From: Diplonema japonicum
Taxonomy: Eukaryota; Protista; Euglenozoa: Diplonemea
Length of the DNA: 64,000 nucleotides
Assembly: GCA_964019335.1 (NCBI GenBank)
Contig: OZ025661.1
Span: 372,001 to 436,000 of the forward strand
Direction: 5' to 3'
Part shown: positions 59,855 to 64,000 of the stretch, piece after piece
Layout of the letters: each line of letters begins with the position of its first letter
Numbering within the stretch: position 1 is the stretch's first letter
Position numbers and translations under genes: made by a program
The notes under the pieces: model-generated
Seen by the model: only the letters and a program-made list of their open reading frames with translations
Databases searched by the model: none
What the model was told of the DNA's origin: nothing

Positions 59855-61381
59855 CTACCTAGCCAGCAAATAACTACACCGTTCACCAGATTTTCGTTTT
59901 GGAGTTCTTGTTGTAAGTGATCGTTCCTTGCTGGTTTTTGCCAACGATCTCGAAGGTGGACCTGAAGCAAGGAGGCGTATTGCTTTTTGTTGAATCTCCT
60001 GCAAATCGGGCTCCTTCTCCGGCGGGCGGGGCTGGGGGGGCGGGGTCGGGGCCGGGGTGGGGGTGTTCCACAGCGCTTTGCACAAAACCTTGCATTTCTG
60101 CAAAGCAGGCAGCTCTTTCTTCTTAATCTCCGCAATGATAAATCGAATACACGCGTCCCTATCCCCCTGCGGGCAGACCGCAAGCGTCGTCGCGGCCGTC
60201 TCTGTCTCCTTGTTGAAAGGAAAACACAAATCAAAATCGCCTTCTGCGGAATCGTGAAATGGCAACGATGATTTTCGACAAGCTTGAACCTCCCTCACAG
60301 CTCTATGCCTGGTGCACGTGCTTTTCTTTCGGCATGTTGCGGAAGGGGAGGGAGCAGGGCTTGCAGGATGTTCCTGAACCTTCAGGGTTTGCATCATATC
60401 GCGTACCAAAGGACCTTTTACCTTCTCATCCACCTCACCATCCACCTGCAGAGCGGGGGAAAAGTTCACCTCCAACAACCAAGGTTTCAAGCTTTGATCG
60501 ATTATCATATCAAAACCATACAGCTCAAAGCACGCTTCATGCCGAGGGACCGAGGTGGAGATAGACAACAATGTTATATTAACAACAGTTTCGATCCGTG
60601 TCCATAAGACATCCATGGGAACGCCGGTGTGTCTCAGCCATTCTGTGAACCTGTCGGCATCCCATTTGCAGCCCTCGCCTATGCCTTCCTTCTCCGCTGT
60701 GCAGTTAGGAGCGTTCTTGTTGAGCGACGTGTTCGTGAGGTGGGAGTGCAGGTTTTTCAAATCGCGGAGGTCGTATTTTTCCGTTCCGAATCGGACCAGA
60801 AAATTCCTGTAGACGTAAACCCGTAATGGTGAGAAGGAAGTCACTAATACGTAAAGACGCAGGTCGAACTTGTACCCTGACAGCAGCAACGGTCTGTCTA
60901 TGTATGTCTGCACCACGCTTGGGCAGTCGTATGATAGGTCACCGATGTCGCGGAAAACGTATATTTTTCGTCCGCGTGACAGTTCTGAGGGTTTGCATAT
61001 CCATGTGGGGGGTGTTCTCGCCCGTTCCCTGACCGCTGCGAAGTGTTGGCAGAACTTCACGTATTCTCCGGGCAGGATGAAGCTCACCGGGAGGATCTCG
61101 CAGACTTGTCCGTGCACTACGCGCATCCGGCGCAGGTTTCTTAGTAGTGTGTCCTTCTTCGTGATTTCCCCGCTTTTCGGAAAATGGTTTAACCGCTGGT
61201 ATGGATATTTCGCACCTTCGAGTTGTGATACTGTGAATCGAGCACTCTTCCACCACAAATTGTACGGTGGTTGTTCATCCTCCCCTTTCTCCTCGTCGTA
61301 TTCATCCCAACCGTCGCTCGCTAGGTACGTTCGCAGGATGGGCGGGACCTTCTCTGCATCGTACCTGAGGACGAACGGCAT
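59855..61381 (-). CDS. TTLL2: Tubulin-tyrosine ligase-like polyglutamylase, TTLL2-like
   Basis: NHFP, WICKPSELSRGR, KFDLRLYVLVTS, SHLTN, FELYGFD, WLLEVNFSP; subfamily call rests on WICKP.ELSRGR. Confidence 0.85.
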   Translation of the reverse strand: MPFVLRYDAEKVPPILRTYLASDGWDEYDEEKGEDEQPPYNLWWKSARFTVSQLEGAKYPYQRLNHFPKSGEITKKDTLLRNLRRMRVVHGQVCEILPVSFILPGEYVKFCQHFAAVRERARTPPTWICKPSELSRGRKIYVFRDIGDLSYDCPSVVQTYIDRPLLLSGYKFDLRLYVLVTSFSPLRVYVYRNFLVRFGTEKYDLRDLKNLHSHLTNTSLNKNAPNCTAEKEGIGEGCKWDADRFTEWLRHTGVPMDVLWTRIETVVNITLLSISTSVPRHEACFELYGFDMIIDQSLKPWLLEVNFSPALQVDGEVDEKVKGPLVRDMMQTLKVQEHPASPAPSPSATCRKKSTCTRHRAVREVQACRKSSLPFHDSAEGDFDLCFPFNKETETAATTLAVCPQGDRDACIRFIIAEIKKKELPALQKCKVLCKALWNTPTPAPTPPPQPRPPEKEPDLQEIQQKAIRLLASGPPSRSLAKTSKERSLTTRTPKRKSGERCSYLLAR

Positions 61382-61449
61382 GGGCACCTGTGTGTGTCTG
61401 TGTTAAGAGGGAAAGGGAGAAAGAAAAGAAAAAAAAGAAGAATAAAAAC

Positions 61450-63000
61450 TTACTCCGCCAAAAAATCATTCTCCGAACAAAAGCGGTTGCGCACCCCGCC
61501 CGTCATCACGGCCTCCACAGCGCAGGCCTCGTCGGAAAAGAACGCCGCACTGGTGTTCGTCACCTTCCCTGGACCGTCCAATGTCATGACAACAGGTCGG
61601 TGCGAGGCAACATGCGACTGGTACGCCTCCTCAGTAGGCGGGTCGGGGGGTGCGGATTGAATTCTAGCCTGCAGCTTGCCCCCCACTAGGACGGTTCCGT
61701 TGTGGATTGCCTGCCACCGGAGGGTTGATGACGAGGGGTCGTACTGTGCTTCGGGCTTCGCCTGTTGCTTTGCAGGGGACGCGGTGTTCGTGCTGCACCC
61801 GATACTAAAAACAAGGTTGGTAATAGTGACGTAGGGGTTCACAGCCCACTGCACCGTGACCTGGTCCAGATACTGCCCCTCCTGCGACTGCATCGTGTTC
61901 CACGTCAGTTTTGCCTTCAAAGGGATCAACACAGTGGGGTTCGTCACCTTTCGGTACTTCAAAATACATGCAGGGGTGCGTGCGTTGTCAGTCCCCTCTA
62001 CCTGCTTCACCACCACTTTGTATATACCTTCCGAGACCTCTTGGCAGAATGCAGGGTTGGCCCGGACCTCCTCTCGGGTCAGATTTTCAAGTTTCAGGTA
62101 TATTTCTTCAATGGGAGCGTTTTTAGCTTCGTCGGAAGTGGCTTCTACAACGCGGCCTTTACCCAAGACGAGGATGCCGCCCGTGACGGTTGTGGGCCCT
62201 TCGGTGCCGTTCGTGAAGCAAGATGAAATCGTCTCTTGGACCAATGCGGAGAGAGCGTAGGTTTTCCTTGCAGCGTTGGGGAGAGGTGGGGGTGGTGTTG
62301 TTCGGAGCAGCATTGCTTCCAGCTCTGTGGGCTGTTGCGGTTTCACATCCACAGGGACGGGGACGGGGGAAGCATTTTGCGAACGAGACTCGGAGAACGA
62401 AACCAAATCCTGTTTACCCAATATCGGCGACATCGCAAGCCGCAAAGGTGTGGCCGGTGGTTTCTCTAGACCGGGCTCCATCTCCTCATATGTCGCCATA
62501 ATCGATGTTAGCTTGCTTCTAATGGAAATCATGCTGTCCGTGGCGGTTGTGGCATCGAGGTATCTCCTGTTGACCTGATAAGTCGGAGGAGATGATTTAT
62601 GTTGCTTCATGTTCCCTACAGGTTCGCCATGGGGTGCGTGGAGGGTCTCTTCCATGAACAGAAACACTTCACCATATTTTTTTTTAAGCCCGGCCACCGT
62701 TGCCTGAAGCTTTCTTGTTTTTAACTCCGATACTACCAGGCCTATCCTCTCAAAGGCTTCTTGTGGGTGTACTCCAACCTCGGCTGCACACACAATGTAC
62801 ATGTCTTGGACCAGTCGGTAGGCACAGCTATAACTGTTTAGTATATCCAAGACGCCTTCGTTCGCTGTTTTAGCTGCCATTCCAAAAGCTTGGGAAACAG
62901 CGCTCCCTACGTAAGCGTTCATTTCAGCTTTGCGATGCAGTGAGAGGTTTGCTTTTGTCTTCGCATCTTGTATGAATAGGGCCTGGATCCCTTCATGCAT
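61450..63000 (-). CDS. TSET/TPLATE medium subunit TCUP/TML-like (longin + muniscin-type mu-homology domain), 516 aa
   Basis: YRLVQDMYIV..LKKKYGEVFLFMEETL resembles the TML N-domain; VQETISSCF..VTGGI, ILKY, QAKPEAQYD..LRW, GKLQARI, RNRF..FLA resemble the FCHo/SGIP1 MHD. Confidence 0.7.
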   Translation of the reverse strand: MHEGIQALFIQDAKTKANLSLHRKAEMNAYVGSAVSQAFGMAAKTANEGVLDILNSYSCAYRLVQDMYIVCAAEVGVHPQEAFERIGLVVSELKTRKLQATVAGLKKKYGEVFLFMEETLHAPHGEPVGNMKQHKSSPPTYQVNRRYLDATTATDSMISIRSKLTSIMATYEEMEPGLEKPPATPLRLAMSPILGKQDLVSFSESRSQNASPVPVPVDVKPQQPTELEAMLLRTTPPPPLPNAARKTYALSALVQETISSCFTNGTEGPTTVTGGILVLGKGRVVEATSDEAKNAPIEEIYLKLENLTREEVRANPAFCQEVSEGIYKVVVKQVEGTDNARTPACILKYRKVTNPTVLIPLKAKLTWNTMQSQEGQYLDQVTVQWAVNPYVTITNLVFSIGCSTNTASPAKQQAKPEAQYDPSSSTLRWQAIHNGTVLVGGKLQARIQSAPPDPPTEEAYQSHVASHRPVVMTLDGPGKVTNTSAAFFSDEACAVEAVMTGGVRNRFCSENDFLAE

Positions 63001-63475
63001 TTCCCCTCCCCTTTCCCCCCCCCTTTTTTTTAATTTTGGTGTATTGGTGCAAAACATTTCTTTTTGGATTAAAAAAAAGGGGGGGAGGGGAGAGGGGGAA
63101 AAGCAGAACAAAAAAATTGCTTTTTTTTTCCTCGATCGGTTTTTTTTTCCCCCTATTTTTTCCCACGTCCTTCTTCTTAGGGGGAATCTTCGGGCTTAAC
63201 ACATCCCTCCGTTTTTTTTTTTTTTTTTTTCTTCCTTTTCCCCCCTCTTTTTCTTCTTCTTCTTCTTCTTCTTCTCCCTCCCCAAAGGTACACTTTTTTT
63301 TTAATAAAAAAAAGATCTCCCCTTCTACTTTGCTTATACACTTTTTTTTTTTGGGTTTTGTGTTTTTTGGGTTCATTTTTTTAAACCTTTTATTAAATTT
63401 CACTGTGTTATTTCTCTTTTTCCCTGTGTGTGTTGGGGGTTTTCCTTCCCCTATAAATTCATACCAATTTTTCTT

Positions 63476-64000
63476 TTAGTACCTATCCCTATCATCTCTC
63501 TTCTCCCTCCTATCGTAAGATCTGTCCTCTCTGCTGTCCCTCCTGTAATCACGTTCCCTTCTGTCGTCTCTCCTGTCTCTGTCATCTCTTCTTCTGTCGG
63601 TGTCCCTTTCATCCCTTCTCCTGTCCATGCCCCTTTCATCCCTTCTCCTGTCGGTGTCCCTTTCATCCCTTCTTCTATCCATGTCTCTTTCATCCCTTCT
63701 CCTGCCCATGTCTCTTTCATCCCTTCTGTCTCTTCCCCTGCTGTCTCTCCTCCTGCTAGATGTTGACGGGTATGGTGCGTAGTCAGATCTGAGTGGGTGT
63801 TTTCATCAAAATTATTATTTTTTATGGTACCCTCTGTTCTGTCTCCTGTATTCCCTGTCCCTGCTGTCTCTTCTTTCGGTCCTGTCTCGACTGCTTCTCC
63901 TCCTTGGTGCGTGTCCTGATCTCGGTTCCACCGTGACTTGTCGGTCCCCCAGATACTTCCCGTCGAGTACCTCAATGGCGCCCTTTGCGCAGTTTTCGTC
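63476..64000 (-). CDS. 3' part of an RRM + Arg/Asp-rich (SR-like) RNA-binding protein; intron 63789-63830
   Basis: Own translation: AKGAIEVLDGKYLGDRQVTVE (RRM end); a 42-nt GT-AG intron joins it to 9-aa RRRDERD(M/T)D repeats ending RDRY*. Confidence 0.8.

Noticed and set aside
61388-61453. GTAAGT overlapping the TCUP-like stop plus downstream CAG suggesting a TCUP-TTLL spliced fusion
   Set aside because: Splicing would enter TTLL out of frame and stop after ~21 codons; the MHD already ends at its expected position
261-63800. Numerous short K/F/G-rich ORFs in the six-frame track
   Set aside because: They are translations of A/T/G homopolymer spacers
1-64000. tRNA, rRNA, spliced-leader RNA genes and telomeric arrays
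   Set aside because: None recognised by eye; tRNAscan-SE and Infernal were not run

Overview
Eukaryotic nuclear DNA, most consistent with a diplonemid (Euglenozoa). This assignment is an inference from gene organisation and protein content, not a database result. All ~20 credible genes lie on the minus strand (directional, polycistronic-type cluster), separated by homopolymer-rich spacers, with a few short GT-AG introns that are often A-rich. Recognisable genes: PLAC8-like, ATG4, a SAM-DysF-PDZ-GRAM-GRAM-VASt lipid-transfer protein (frameshifted by an exact 49-bp tandem duplication), TauE/SafE, LST8, a PHO80-type cyclin, WDR75/UTP17, a TBC1D15/GYP7-like RabGAP, a 2OG-Fe(II) oxygenase, two secreted/surface proteins, a purple acid phosphatase, NOG2, a TTLL2-like glutamylase, a TCUP/TML-like TSET subunit and an RRM/RD-rich protein. 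The most notable signal is non-coding: a ~310-320-bp SINE-like element whose 5' end folds into a complete HDV-like self-cleaving ribozyme. Its copies lie in sense orientation, and the two intact ones start only 32 and 140 nt downstream of stop codons. Also present: a family of at least 5 hairpin-terminated, Crypton-like non-autonomous elements, two Sola2-type TIR elements, and a ~15.8-kb gene-free stretch (21.6-37.4 kb).
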